From Candidatus Limnocylindrales bacterium (GTDB taxonomy: Bacteria > Chloroflexota > Limnocylindria > Limnocylindrales > CSP1-4): a stretch of 64,000 bases of DNA. The stretch spans positions 12,955-76,954 of the forward strand of contig JBBRSJ010000014.1 in the NCBI GenBank assembly GCA_038245515.1, in the 5' to 3' direction. Under the pieces are notes generated by a model. The model was not told the origin of the DNA. It worked only from the letters and a program-made list of their open reading frames with translations, and searched no databases. A program made the translations under genes and the position numbers. Positions 9,409 through 19,409 of this stretch are shown in pieces. The first letter of the stretch is position 1; every line of letters begins with the position of its first letter.

Positions 9409-10308
9409 ATGACGGCGGTCCTGGAGGCCCACGGCTTCGGCAAGCGCTACCGGCGACGATGGGCGCTGCGCGGTGTCGACCTGATCGTTCCCGAGGGCAG
9501 CATCACCGCGCTCGTCGGGCCGAACGGCTCGGGCAAGTCGACCCTGATCCGGAGCTGGATCGGGTTCGAGCGCCCGACCGAGGGCAGCCTGTCGACCGGC
9601 GGCGTCGACCCGCGCCGCGATCGGGGCGGCGCGGTCCGCAAGGTCGGCTACGTGCCGCAGACCCCGTCTCTGTACGGCAACCTCACGATCGCCGAGCATA
9701 TCCGCCTCGCCACGACCCTCCGCGACGGGTTCGACGCCGGTCTCGCCGCCGGCTACGTGGATCGGCTCGCGATCCCGCTCAGCGCGTCCGCCGGCGAGCT
9801 GTCGGGCGGCGAGCAGGCCCAGGTGGGTCTCGCCCTGGCGCTTGGGACGCGAGCCCGGATCCTGCTGCTCGACGAGCCGCTCGCCAGCCTCGACCCGCTC
9901 GCCCGGCGCGAGTTCCTGCACGTCCTCGTCGACGCTGTCCGCTCCGCGGGCCACACGGCGCTCCTGTCGTCGCACGTGATCACCGACATCGAGCAGGCCT
10001 GCGACCGGCTGATCGTCCTCGGCAAGGGCCACACCCTGCTCGACGTGTCGATCGCCGAGGCCCTCGCTCACCACCGCGTGATCGAGGGTGCCACCGCGGC
10101 CACGGCGATTCCGCCCGAGCGCCTCGTCGGCTCATTCCCGTCCCCCGCCGGCGATCAGCTCGCGCTCGTCCGGGTTCCGGTCGCCAAGGCGATCGGCGAC
10201 AGGCCCCGCGAGGACGGCCGGGCCGCGACCCTCGAAGAGGTCGTCATCGGGCACATGGCCGCCGGCCGCGTCCGGCGGACGACTGGCCGGATCGAGGCGG
10301 CGGCATGA
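9409..10308 (+). CDS. ABC transporter ATP-binding protein
   Basis: Walker A GPNGSGKST, signature LSGGEQ and Walker B LLLDEP. A GAGGAGGG Shine-Dalgarno sequence lies upstream of ATG 9409. Confidence 0.9.
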   Translation: MTAVLEAHGFGKRYRRRWALRGVDLIVPEGSITALVGPNGSGKSTLIRSWIGFERPTEGSLSTGGVDPRRDRGGAVRKVGYVPQTPSLYGNLTIAEHIRLATTLRDGFDAGLAAGYVDRLAIPLSASAGELSGGEQAQVGLALALGTRARILLLDEPLASLDPLARREFLHVLVDAVRSAGHTALLSSHVITDIEQACDRLIVLGKGHTLLDVSIAEALAHHRVIEGATAATAIPPERLVGSFPSPAGDQLALVRVPVAKAIGDRPREDGRAATLEEVVIGHMAAGRVRRTTGRIEAAA

Positions 10309-11234
10309 TCCTGACGGCCACGCGACTGACCTACCGGATCAACCGCTTCGAGATTCGCGCGATTGTCGGCGCGACCGTCCTGTCGGCGGTCGTCAGCGCG
10401 ATCGTCCTGACGTGGCTCCAGCGCAGCGGCTACGTCGACTGCATCAACGTCTTCGACACCCCCTCGATCGCCTGCCTCCAGATGATGTCGGTCGGGGCGT
10501 GGATGACCAAGATCGCATCCGTCTCGCTTCGGCTGGTTCCGGTCTTCTCGTACATGGCCGGGATCCTCCTCGGCGGGCCGCTCATCGCGCGCGAGCTCGA
10601 CCGCGGGACCGCACGGCTCGCCTGGTCGCTCGGGCCATCGCGAATCCGTTGGTTCGCGCAGCGCGTCGTGCCGATCCTGATCCTCGTCGCCGGCCTGTCG
10701 TTCGCAATCGGCGTCGTCGGCGAGCGCCTCGTGGCGATCTTCGCGCCGGATGCGGATCTGCCGAACTCGTTCGCCGGCTACGGGACACGTGGCGTCCTGA
10801 TCCCGACGACCGCCTTGCTGGTCGCTTCTATCGCCATCGCCGTCGGCGCGCTCGTCGGGCGAACGATGCCGACGCTGCTGCTCGCCCTGATGCTGAGCGG
10901 TGCGTCCTTCGCGGCCATCCACGTCGTCAACGAGAAGATGATGGCCGCCGAGGCCGTCCCGCTCGCCGAGAACTCGAGCAACGACCTCCAGCTCGACTCG
11001 CGGTTCCGGTTGCCGGATGGACGCCTGGTGACGTATGAGGCGCTCTCCGTGATCGATCCGTCCATCAACGACGTCAATGGTCTCGGTCCGACGACATACC
11101 CGTACGTGGCGATCGGTATCCCGGGGACCCGCTATCGCGAAGTGGAGGGTCGCGAGGCGCTCGTCCAGCTCGTCGTCGCCGCCGCGTTCCTCGGCCTGGG
11201 CGCGTTCGTCGTCGGGCGTCGTCGGCCCGGCTGA
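10305..11234 (+). CDS. ABC-2-type transporter permease (putative)
   Basis: ATG 10305 overlaps the ATPase stop (ATGA). The protein has about 6 hydrophobic helices. The family assignment is by context only. Confidence 0.7.
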   Translation: MILTATRLTYRINRFEIRAIVGATVLSAVVSAIVLTWLQRSGYVDCINVFDTPSIACLQMMSVGAWMTKIASVSLRLVPVFSYMAGILLGGPLIARELDRGTARLAWSLGPSRIRWFAQRVVPILILVAGLSFAIGVVGERLVAIFAPDADLPNSFAGYGTRGVLIPTTALLVASIAIAVGALVGRTMPTLLLALMLSGASFAAIHVVNEKMMAAEAVPLAENSSNDLQLDSRFRLPDGRLVTYEALSVIDPSINDVNGLGPTTYPYVAIGIPGTRYREVEGREALVQLVVAAAFLGLGAFVVGRRRPG

Positions 11235-11284
11235 TCGACCGACGACGAACCCGTCGCGCCACTGCCGCGCGCTAGGCTGGGCGG

Positions 11285-12190
11285 GTGACCGACGCCCTTG
11301 CCACATTCGACCGAGCCGCCGACCGGGCCTTCGACCGCTTGCGTCGTCTGGCAGTCGGGCGCGTCCCGCCGCTGGTCCGGCTCGAGACGGCGCCGTGGAT
11401 CGGGGTCGCCGTCGCGGTCGCCGCGTGGGCCCTGATCGTCGTCTTCGCCGAGCCGTGGGGGCGGCTGTGGGGGACGGGCCAGGACGCTCGCTGCTACTGG
11501 CAGGCGACACTCGCGAACCCGTACCTCCACTCCGACTGGAACGACCCGATCGCGTACGTCTATTCGCCGGCCTTCCTCCAGCTCGTCTCGCCGCTGACCG
11601 CCTTGCCGTGGCAGGCGTTCATGGCCGTCTGGACGGCGATCCTCGTCGGCGCCGTCCGGTTCCTGACCGGCCCCCGACTCCTCGTCGCGGGACTGCTGTT
11701 CCCGTTCGCGCTCATGGAAGTCGCCGGTGGCAACGTTTCGCTGCTGCTGGCGGCAGCGATCGTCATCGGGTTCCGCTGGCCCGCCGCCTGGGCCCTGGTG
11801 CTGCTGACGAAGATCACGCCCGGGATCGGACTGCTCTGGTTCGCCGTCCGGCGCGAGTGGCGATCGCTGGCGATCGCGCTCGGAGCCACAGCTGCGATCG
11901 CGCTCGTCTCGTTCGTGCTCCTGCCCGTCCAGTGGCGAACCTGGATCGACGTCGTCATCCGGAACGCGACCGCGGGCCGAGCCGGGACCTGGGCGTCCGT
12001 TCCCGTCCCGCTTGGGATCCGCCTGCCGATCGCCATCGTCCTCGTCGTATGGGGCGCCCGGACCGATCGTCACTGGACGGTCCCGGTTGCCTCGATGGTG
12101 GCGCTCCCGGCGCTCTGGTACGGCGGGATCTCCATGCTCCTCGCCGTCATTCCGCTGCTCCCCGCCCGGGCCCGCCGACGACTCGATTGA
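11285..12190 (+). CDS. polytopic membrane protein, DUF2029/GT87-like glycosyltransferase (putative)
   Basis: Multiple TM helices, with PWQAFMAVW and LLTKITPGIGLLWF segments resembling polyprenol-phosphate-dependent GT-C enzymes. The function is tentative. Confidence 0.55.
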   Translation: MTDALATFDRAADRAFDRLRRLAVGRVPPLVRLETAPWIGVAVAVAAWALIVVFAEPWGRLWGTGQDARCYWQATLANPYLHSDWNDPIAYVYSPAFLQLVSPLTALPWQAFMAVWTAILVGAVRFLTGPRLLVAGLLFPFALMEVAGGNVSLLLAAAIVIGFRWPAAWALVLLTKITPGIGLLWFAVRREWRSLAIALGATAAIALVSFVLLPVQWRTWIDVVIRNATAGRAGTWASVPVPLGIRLPIAIVLVVWGARTDRHWTVPVASMVALPALWYGGISMLLAVIPLLPARARRRLD

Positions 12191-12274
12191 GTGGCGAGCA
12201 TGAGCACCGCCGATCGGGCGGGCTCGTTCGCCGATGCTGGCCCAGGCGCGGGACGCCGCCGCGGGACGCGAGGC

Positions 12275-13603
12275 TCAACCCGTCGCGACAACCACCTCGG
12301 TCGGCCGTCGCGGGCGGACCCGAAGCGCGACAACGACCGCGCCGACGAGGAACACCGCCGCGCCGACCCAGAACGGCCCGGTCGGTCCGGCGACGGCCGA
12401 TACCGCCCCGCCGACGAGCGGCCCAACGATCCCGGCCGCATAGAGCGGCAGGTAGACGAGGTTGAGCGTCTGCGACCGACGCTCGACCGGCACCTCCGTC
12501 GCGAGCAGGCTGAAGACCATCGCCCCAACGAGCGAGTTGGCGGCGGTGAAGACAAGGATCGCGCCGGCCAGTGGCGGGATGGCATGCACCAATGGGACGA
12601 CGAGCAGCGCGAACCCGCCGACGAACAAGGAGCCGAGGAGGACCGGCCGGAACCCGATCCGATCGCCGAGGAGCCCGCCGAGCGGTGCGATCACCGCTCC
12701 AACGAGGGCCGCGGTTCCGGCCACGAACCCGATCGACGAAGCAAGGCCGGGGCCCGGCCCGACGATCGATTCGACGATCAGGGCCTGATAGGGCCGGCTC
12801 ATCTGGTTGGCCACGAAGGCGACGCCGTAGATGGCGAAGATGCGGCGGACCGTCGGGTCGCCGAGAACGCTGCGCAGGGCGCCGTAGGCGAGCGGCAGCA
12901 CGCGCCCCGCCGGGACGACCGGCGGTCGCACTTCGGTCGACCCGAACCAGACGACGACGGCAGTCAGGATCGACAGCCCGGCCGAAACCCAGAAGATCGA
13001 CGACAGCGGCCAGCCCAGGCCGTCGACGAGCCAGCCGCCGAGGGTCGGGCCGACCGCGAACCCGATCGGACCTGACGCCCCGAAGATCGCGATGATCGTG
13101 CCGATTCGGTGGCGCGGGACCACATCCCGGATCGCGCCGAGCATGATCCCGGTGTTGCCCAGCTGGAAGCCGATGAGGAGGAGGCTGACAGCGAGCTGCC
13201 ACGGCTCACGGGACAGCGCGACGCAGGCGAACACGACCGCCTCGACGAGGCAGCTCCGGACGATGACCGCCTTGCGGCTGTACTTGTCGGCCCACACGCC
13301 CCACAGCGGGACCAAAGGCATCCCGACGACGAAGATCAGGGCCGAGAACAGCCCGACGAACGGGGCGCGATCGGCGTCCGGCACGCCGATGACCCGGAGA
13401 TACGGGGCGAGGAACGCGAAGACCTGGCTGACCCCCAGCCCTTCGACCATCGACGTGAGCCAGAAGACGGCGACGATCCGCTTCCAGTCGGCGCGGCCGG
13501 CGAGGTCGTGGCCGGCCACGTCGCGGCCAGCCACGTCGCGCCCGTCGGGATCGGCGCGATCGGCCACGGTCCGGCCGGTGTCGTCAGGTGAATGTGAGGG
13601 CAT
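12275..13603 (-). CDS. MFS transporter
   Basis: 12-TM pattern with the WGVWADKYSRK loop 2-3 motif. ATG 13603 was chosen because the rest of ORF ..14635 runs antisense to the Rieske gene. Confidence 0.85.
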   Translation of the reverse strand: MPSHSPDDTGRTVADRADPDGRDVAGRDVAGHDLAGRADWKRIVAVFWLTSMVEGLGVSQVFAFLAPYLRVIGVPDADRAPFVGLFSALIFVVGMPLVPLWGVWADKYSRKAVIVRSCLVEAVVFACVALSREPWQLAVSLLLIGFQLGNTGIMLGAIRDVVPRHRIGTIIAIFGASGPIGFAVGPTLGGWLVDGLGWPLSSIFWVSAGLSILTAVVVWFGSTEVRPPVVPAGRVLPLAYGALRSVLGDPTVRRIFAIYGVAFVANQMSRPYQALIVESIVGPGPGLASSIGFVAGTAALVGAVIAPLGGLLGDRIGFRPVLLGSLFVGGFALLVVPLVHAIPPLAGAILVFTAANSLVGAMVFSLLATEVPVERRSQTLNLVYLPLYAAGIVGPLVGGAVSAVAGPTGPFWVGAAVFLVGAVVVALRVRPRRPTEVVVATG

Positions 13604-13681
13604 GGCGGCGAAGCGTAGCGGGTCCGCGAGATCCGCCGGCGGGCTCCGCCGCGTACACTCGGACGAAGGAGGATCACGAGG

Positions 13682-14545
13682 ATGATCGGTCGCTACGTCA
13701 CCCGCGCCGTCGACGCCCAGGCGCGCTGGTCGAAGCCGTTCGGCGACTTCAATCATCGCTGGCTCGGGGCCCTCTTCCACCCGATCCGGCCGATCCAGAA
13801 CTTCCTCAACGGCACGTGGCTCGGCCACCCGGTCCACGCGGTTGTCACGGATGTGCCGATCGGCGCGATGACGGTCTCGATCGTCGCCGATGTCATCGGT
13901 CAGCCGCTCGTCGCAGACGTCTCGATGCTCCTCGGCGTCCTCGCGATGGTCGCCGCCGCCGTCACCGGCCTCGCGGATTACGCGGAGGTCGACGGAATCC
14001 CTCGCAACCGCGCGACGGTCCACGGCAGCATCATGGTCGTCACCCTCGTGCTCTACGTGATCTCGCTGGTCCTGCGCAGCGGCAGCCCCGCGGATCGCGT
14101 ATTGCCGATCGGGGTGGCGGTCCTCGGCTACCTGCTCCTCTCGCTCGGCGCGGCGATCGGCGGCGATCTCGTCTACCTGGCCGGAACCCACGTCGATCGC
14201 CATGCCTGGCGGGGCACCGGCACGAAGTGGATCGCCCTCGACCTCGGCGGCCTGCCGGACATCCCGGAGGGCGGGCCGACCAAGCTCAGGGCCGGGATCA
14301 ACGAGCTTGCGGTCATCCGCGAAGGCGATCGGATCCTCGCCGTCCACGCCCAGTGCGCCCACGCGGGCGGCCCGCTGGGAGAAGGCACTCGCGTGGGCGA
14401 CGCGATCGAATGCCCCTGGCACGGGTCGCGGTTCCGGGTTTCCGATGGTCACGTCGTCCGGGGACCTGCGATGTACGACCAGCCGGCGTACGAGGTGCGT
14501 CGGTCCGAGGCCGGGGGCTGGGAAGCGCGTCGCAAGGCAGGCTGA
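13682..14545 (+). CDS. Rieske [2Fe-2S] domain protein fused to an N-terminal DUF2231-like membrane domain
   Basis: Rieske ligand motifs CAHAGGPL and CPWHGSRF, four N-terminal TM helices, and a GAAGGAGGA Shine-Dalgarno sequence upstream. Confidence 0.85.
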   Translation: MIGRYVTRAVDAQARWSKPFGDFNHRWLGALFHPIRPIQNFLNGTWLGHPVHAVVTDVPIGAMTVSIVADVIGQPLVADVSMLLGVLAMVAAAVTGLADYAEVDGIPRNRATVHGSIMVVTLVLYVISLVLRSGSPADRVLPIGVAVLGYLLLSLGAAIGGDLVYLAGTHVDRHAWRGTGTKWIALDLGGLPDIPEGGPTKLRAGINELAVIREGDRILAVHAQCAHAGGPLGEGTRVGDAIECPWHGSRFRVSDGHVVRGPAMYDQPAYEVRRSEAGGWEARRKAG

Positions 14546-14574
14546 TGGGCGGCACGGGGGCCGGCGCAATCGGA

Positions 14575-14610
14575 CCGGATCGCGCCCCTGACTGAGCGTC
14601 AGCGATCCGG
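14575..14610 (+). terminator. GC-rich stem-loop downstream of the Rieske gene (candidate terminator)
   Basis: CCGGATCGC (14575-14583) pairs with GCGATCCGG (14602-14610), with an inner CTGAC/GTCAG hairpin. There is no clear U-tract. Confidence 0.35.
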
Positions 14611-14795
14611 GGCCCGAGACCACGGATCGCGGCAATACACCACTCCCGTTGACTCGCGGTCACCGCGCCCTTCGGGGGGCTTGCGATTTCACGAATCGTG
14701 CGAACTTCGAATCGCGGTGACGGCGAACCGGCGCCGGCGGTAGCATCGAGCGGGACGCATTCGACCAATCTCGTGCGCGCCAATCGGGGGATTGC

Positions 14796-15356
14796 ATGAG
14801 CCACCGGACGACCACGCTTCGAATCGAGGCGCCGGCCGCGACGGTCTTCGACGTCATGGCCGATCCCGCACGGAGCCCCGAGTGGCAGACGCTGGTCGTC
14901 GAGATGGGTGACATCGCAGGCAGGCCCGGCGGCATCGGCTCGAGCTTCGTCGGCTTCTATCGGTTGGCCGGTCGCAAGCTCGCCGGCCGGTTCGTGGTCA
15001 CCGCTGCCGATCGGCCCCGTTTGCTCCAGGTGAACGGCACGACGGCGGGCGGCTGGGCACGCTGGACCACGATGATCGAGCCCGACGGTGGGGCTTGCAG
15101 GCTCAAGGTCAACCTCGAGTACGAGCTGCCCGGCGAGATCGTCGGCTCGCTGCTCGGAATGCTCACCGGCAACCGCCTGGAGCGCGAGTTCCTGCGGACG
15201 TACGAGAACCTTCGCCGGCTCGTCGAGATGGGAGCTACCGCGCGGAATGCCCATCGGTTTGCGGGCGCTCCGACGCCGATCACCTCGACGCCAGCCAGCG
15301 GCCACGTCGGCAGTGACGACGATCCGGACGAACGCGGCCATCTCGCGACGAGCTGA
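14796..15356 (+). CDS. SRPBCC family protein (polyketide cyclase/dehydrase-like)
   Basis: N-terminal IEAPAATVFDVMADPARSPEWQ signature with a beta-rich core and a C-terminal helix. Confidence 0.8.
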   Translation: MSHRTTTLRIEAPAATVFDVMADPARSPEWQTLVVEMGDIAGRPGGIGSSFVGFYRLAGRKLAGRFVVTAADRPRLLQVNGTTAGGWARWTTMIEPDGGACRLKVNLEYELPGEIVGSLLGMLTGNRLEREFLRTYENLRRLVEMGATARNAHRFAGAPTPITSTPASGHVGSDDDPDERGHLATS

Positions 15357-15419
15357 CGCGGATCCCGGCCGGAGGCCCTCGCGGACGCAGACGGCAACGT
15401 CCGGCCCGCGGAGGCCGCG

Positions 15420-15965
15420 GTGACGCGCATGGCGGTCCCGGTGCCGTCGCTGGTGGTCCTGATCGGCGCGGCCGGGGCGGGCAAGTCGACCCTCGCCGGG
15501 CGCCTATTCGAACCCGCCGAAGTCCTCTCGTCGGACGATCTCCGCGCGATGATCGCGGGCGACGCTGCCGATCAGCGGGCGACCCGTGCCGCCTTCGCGA
15601 TCCTCCACCGCGAGGCGCAGGCGAGGCTGGCCGAGGGTCGTCTCGTCGTGGTCGACGCGACGAACGCCGAGCCAGCGGCCCGCTCGGCGCTCCTGGAGAT
15701 CGCAGGCCGGGCGGGCGTCCCGGCGATCGTGATCGCGCTGATCGGGCCGCCGGCCGAGATCCACCGACGGAATGCCGCCCGGATCGGCCGGGTCGTCCCC
15801 GCACACGTCGTCGACCGCCACTTGGCCCGGATCGCTCGCCTCGGAACGGAGCCGGCGGCGATCGGCGCGGCGCTCCGAGCCGAGGGATTCGCCGCGGTCC
15901 ACGTCCTCGCCACCTCTGACGACCTCGCCCGGGCCTCCATCGAGCGTCAGGCGAACCGGTGCTGA
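15420..15965 (+). CDS. P-loop kinase, AAA_33 / polynucleotide-kinase-like ATPase
   Basis: Walker A GAAGAGKST and the Walker B-like segment LVVVDATN. The size and layout resemble the kinase domain of Pnkp-type proteins. Confidence 0.75.
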   Translation: MTRMAVPVPSLVVLIGAAGAGKSTLAGRLFEPAEVLSSDDLRAMIAGDAADQRATRAAFAILHREAQARLAEGRLVVVDATNAEPAARSALLEIAGRAGVPAIVIALIGPPAEIHRRNAARIGRVVPAHVVDRHLARIARLGTEPAAIGAALRAEGFAAVHVLATSDDLARASIERQANRC

Positions 15966-16010
15966 GGCGCCGACACCCGCCTCACGTCGCACGAGGCTGA
16001 CGGCCCCGAG

Positions 16011-16316
16011 TCAGCCGTCGCGAACTCGCCCGAACGCCCGGGCTCGCAGCTCGACCCAGACCCCGTTCCGGAGGTACACGTCGTCGCGGCAGATCGCCAA
16101 CGCCGCCTCCTCGTCCGCCGCTCGGATCACCAGGATCGTCGACGACACGTCGAGGAATGCGCCAGCCTCGACGACGACGCCCTGCCGCTTGAGGTCGCGC
16201 AGCCGGGCGATGTGCTCGGCTCGGAACGGCGTGCGCGTCTCGGCGGCATCCGGGGCGTAAGACGCCTCGACGAGCCAGACGGGCTCGATCGGCGGGGCGG
16301 CGGCAGGTTCGGTCAT
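16011..16316 (-). CDS. YciI family protein
   Basis: 101 aa, with RAEHIARLRDLKRQGVV and GVWVELRARAF typical of YciI-like proteins. Confidence 0.75.
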   Translation of the reverse strand: MTEPAAAPPIEPVWLVEASYAPDAAETRTPFRAEHIARLRDLKRQGVVVEAGAFLDVSSTILVIRAADEEAALAICRDDVYLRNGVWVELRARAFGRVRDG

Positions 16317-16351
16317 CGGATGCTCCTTGCGATCTGGATCGAACGTCTGGC

Positions 16352-17296
16352 TCAGGCCCGCGCGGCCGATCCGCCGGCGATCAGCGCGATCGCCAGCGCG
16401 GCCATGATGATCCCCACGAGATGGCTCCGGGTCACGTGCTCACGGAGCAGGACGACCGCGAGAACCACCGTCGTGACCGGGTAGAGCGAGCTGAGGGTCG
16501 CAGCCACGTCGAGCCGCCCCGCCTGGGTCGCGAGGATGTACAGGCCGTTGCCCGCGAGGTCGAGGACGGCGACCGCGAGGACCGCGGGGATCATCGGACC
16601 CGGCACCCGCCATGGCCGGCGCCCGAGGACGACGAGGGCGCCGATCGGAACGAGGGTGGCGGCCTTGATCACGGCCAGCGGCCATGCGACGAGATGCTCC
16701 GGAAACGCTCCGACTGCGATGTTGAACAGGCCGAGTCCGACCCCACCAAGGAGGGCGTACTCGATGCCCGATCGGCCTGCCACCGAATCGGACGAGCGCG
16801 AGACGAGGATGACGGCACTGAGCGCGAGGGCGATCCCGACGACGACCTCCGTGCCCGGCCAGCCGAGCCCGACGAGGCCGACCGCGACCGGAAGAGACGC
16901 GGCGATGACGCCGGTGACGGGCGCGACGACACCCATGCGTCCGACCGCGAGCCCGGTGTAGAGGCCGAGGATGCCGGCGACCGCGCACAGGCCGGCCAGG
17001 ACCGCCAGGGCGAGCGTTGTCGGATTCGGAAACGGCTCGTGGATGAGCAGGGCGATGCCGACCATGACGAGCGCGCCGAGGATGTCGACGGCGATCGCGA
17101 CCCCGAGCACCGGGGCCCGCCGGCTCGTCCACCCGCCGCCGAAGTCGCCGGCACCCCAGGCGACGGCCGAGGCGAGTCCGAAGACGACGACCGCGAGGCC
17201 CGGGCCGGCCGGGTCAGGCGTGGGCGGCTCCCGCCGTGACGGGCTCGGCGGCCTCGTCGTCGACCTCGGTCGGGCCGGCCAGTTCCACGACGGCAT
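16352..17296 (-). CDS. DMT/EamA family transporter
   Basis: 10-TM pattern containing two EamA-like halves. ATG 17296 is the only in-frame start and overlaps the upstream gene by 83 nt. Confidence 0.8.
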   Translation of the reverse strand: MPSWNWPARPRSTTRPPSPSRREPPTPDPAGPGLAVVVFGLASAVAWGAGDFGGGWTSRRAPVLGVAIAVDILGALVMVGIALLIHEPFPNPTTLALAVLAGLCAVAGILGLYTGLAVGRMGVVAPVTGVIAASLPVAVGLVGLGWPGTEVVVGIALALSAVILVSRSSDSVAGRSGIEYALLGGVGLGLFNIAVGAFPEHLVAWPLAVIKAATLVPIGALVVLGRRPWRVPGPMIPAVLAVAVLDLAGNGLYILATQAGRLDVAATLSSLYPVTTVVLAVVLLREHVTRSHLVGIIMAALAIALIAGGSAARA

Positions 17297-19409
17297 CGGC
17301 CGAGGCGTGATAGCGATCCGAGGTCGTCAGGTAGATGACCTGGAAATCCCTGGCGATCTCCCGCAGGAGCTCGAGGGCCCGCCGGGCACGGTCGTCATCG
17401 AGCGTCACGAAGGGATCGTCGAAGATCAGCGGCGGGCGGCGATCGCCGGTCACGAGCCGCACGAGGCCCAGCCGGGCGGCCAGGTAGACCAGGTCGAGCG
17501 TGCCCTGGCTGAGCGACCGGACATCGACCCAGTCGCCCTTCTCGGGTGCGTGGAGCCGGAGGTCGAGCGTCTTGTCGTCCACGGTGACTCGCCGATAGCG
17601 GCCGCCCGTGATCCGGTCGATGTCGCCGACCATCACCTTCTCGAGGAACCGCGTCGCGGTCGTCATCGTTGCCTGCTCGGCCGATTCGATCTCCTTGAGC
17701 GTCCGGTCGTAGACGCGGCCGCGGCGCTGGAGCGCGCCGAGCTGCTCACGCCAGCCCGCGAGCCGCTCGCTGTGACCGGCGACCTGCTCGGAGTCGACGC
17801 CATTCGCCTCCACCCGGGCACGGGCGTTGGCCTCGTCGTCCCGGGCCCGCTCGAGACCGGCCTCGAGATCGCGAACCTCGACCTCGAGACGCTCCCGAGC
17901 GCGGGGCTCCTTGGCGATCGGGCCGAGTCCCTCGAGGGCGTGGGTCTTCTGCTCGACCTCGAGGGCCGCCCCGTCGCGGAAGCCGGGGAGCTTGGCGATT
18001 GGATCCTTGCCGACGAGGCCCTCGAGCTGGGCGGCGAGCCGGTCGATCCGGCCAACGTGCTCCTGCTCGCGGGCCAGGAGGTCCTCGGCGGCGGAGATGT
18101 CCTCGAAACCGAGCCCGGTGAGCTGCTGTGCGCTGTCGGCTTCCGCCTGGCGGAGGTCCTGCTCCATCTCCGAGCGGCCGCGGAGCCGGCGATCGATCTC
18201 GACGTCGCGCATCTCCGCCTGCATCCGGTCGCTCCGGCGAAGCCACAGCGCGACGAACGCGAGGATGAACCCGATCCCGGCGACGATCCCGCCGATCAGC
18301 GCCGGCGTCTGGCCGAGGACGAGGATCCGGGTGACGCCGAGGCCCGTGCCGAGAGCGGCGACGACGAACCCGGCCAGGACCATCCCGACGGCTACCCGGG
18401 ATAGCGGCCGCCAGGTCGGCTCGGGCGGGACCTCGAACGACACCGCGACCTCGCCCGAGAGCGCCGCCTTGAGCTCGCGGATCTTCGCGTCGAGGGAGCG
18501 CAGCCGTCCGACGACCTGCTCGAGGACAGGCAGCGGATTGTCCGATGGGTGGCTGCCATGGAGGCCTGCGAGCTCATCGGACACCGCCACGGCCTGGCGA
18601 TAGCGCTCGAACCGCTCCTGGGCACTGAGCCGCTCGGCGGCCAGGCGTTCGGCCTGGCGCGCCTTCTCGAGGAGCGAGCGCCGCTCTGCCAGACCGGTCT
18701 CGGTCTCGGCCCGTCGCTCGCGGGCACCTGACAGTGTGTCCCGATCGCGCTCGAGCTGCTCGAGCGCAACCTCGCCCTGCTCGACCGCCAGCCTCGCCTG
18801 CTCGACGGCGTCCTCGGCGACCTTCAGCCGGCCGGGGTTCTTGGCGCCCTTGGTGTTGAGGTCGAAGAGCGCCTTCTCGAGCTTGCGGCGCGCCCGCGAC
18901 GTGCCCCGATCGGCGCCGCTGATCGAGGCCTGGAGGCGGTCGCGCAGGGTGGCTTCGTCGCGGTCGAGATCCGCGAGCTCGTGATGGCGGACCGACGCGG
19001 TCGAGCGGAAGAAGGCCTCGCTCGGGATGCCGGTGAGCTCGGCGAGGGCCTGGTCGGCGAGCGTCGGATCCGTGATCGTCTCGCCGTCGACATCGAGGCG
19101 GACCGTGCCCTTGGCGCCGCGGAACGCCTTCTCGAGCGTCCCGGTCCGGACGCCGCGCTCCTCGTCCTCGATCTCGAACTCGAGCCCGATCACCGGCCGG
19201 GCGTCGTCCGGGGCGTCCCACGACCGGAGCGCGTCGAGATCGGCGCTGCTGCTGGTGACCTTGCGGGTCAGTGCGAGCTCGATCGCCCGCTGGATCGTGG
19301 TCTTGCCGGCCTCGTTCGGGCCGTGGACGATCGTCAGGCCGGGGGCGAGCGGGATCTCGAGCTCGCGGTACCGGCGGAAGTCGTGAAGGGTCAGCCGCGT
19401 GATCCTCAC
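17214..19409 (-). CDS. SbcC/Rad50-like AAA ATPase (YhaN-like) with long coiled coils and an internal membrane hairpin
   Basis: N-terminal Walker A GPNEAGKTT, C-terminal signature LSQGT and Walker B LIFDDPF. Two hydrophobic helices (VAVGMVLAGFVVAALGTGLGV and LIGGIVAGIGFILAFVALWL) lie mid-protein. Confidence 0.85.
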   Translation of the reverse strand: MRITRLTLHDFRRYRELEIPLAPGLTIVHGPNEAGKTTIQRAIELALTRKVTSSSADLDALRSWDAPDDARPVIGLEFEIEDEERGVRTGTLEKAFRGAKGTVRLDVDGETITDPTLADQALAELTGIPSEAFFRSTASVRHHELADLDRDEATLRDRLQASISGADRGTSRARRKLEKALFDLNTKGAKNPGRLKVAEDAVEQARLAVEQGEVALEQLERDRDTLSGARERRAETETGLAERRSLLEKARQAERLAAERLSAQERFERYRQAVAVSDELAGLHGSHPSDNPLPVLEQVVGRLRSLDAKIRELKAALSGEVAVSFEVPPEPTWRPLSRVAVGMVLAGFVVAALGTGLGVTRILVLGQTPALIGGIVAGIGFILAFVALWLRRSDRMQAEMRDVEIDRRLRGRSEMEQDLRQAEADSAQQLTGLGFEDISAAEDLLAREQEHVGRIDRLAAQLEGLVGKDPIAKLPGFRDGAALEVEQKTHALEGLGPIAKEPRARERLEVEVRDLEAGLERARDDEANARARVEANGVDSEQVAGHSERLAGWREQLGALQRRGRVYDRTLKEIESAEQATMTTATRFLEKVMVGDIDRITGGRYRRVTVDDKTLDLRLHAPEKGDWVDVRSLSQGTLDLVYLAARLGLVRLVTGDRRPPLIFDDPFVTLDDDRARRALELLREIARDFQVIYLTTSDRYHASADAVVELAGPTEVDDEAAEPVTAGAAHA

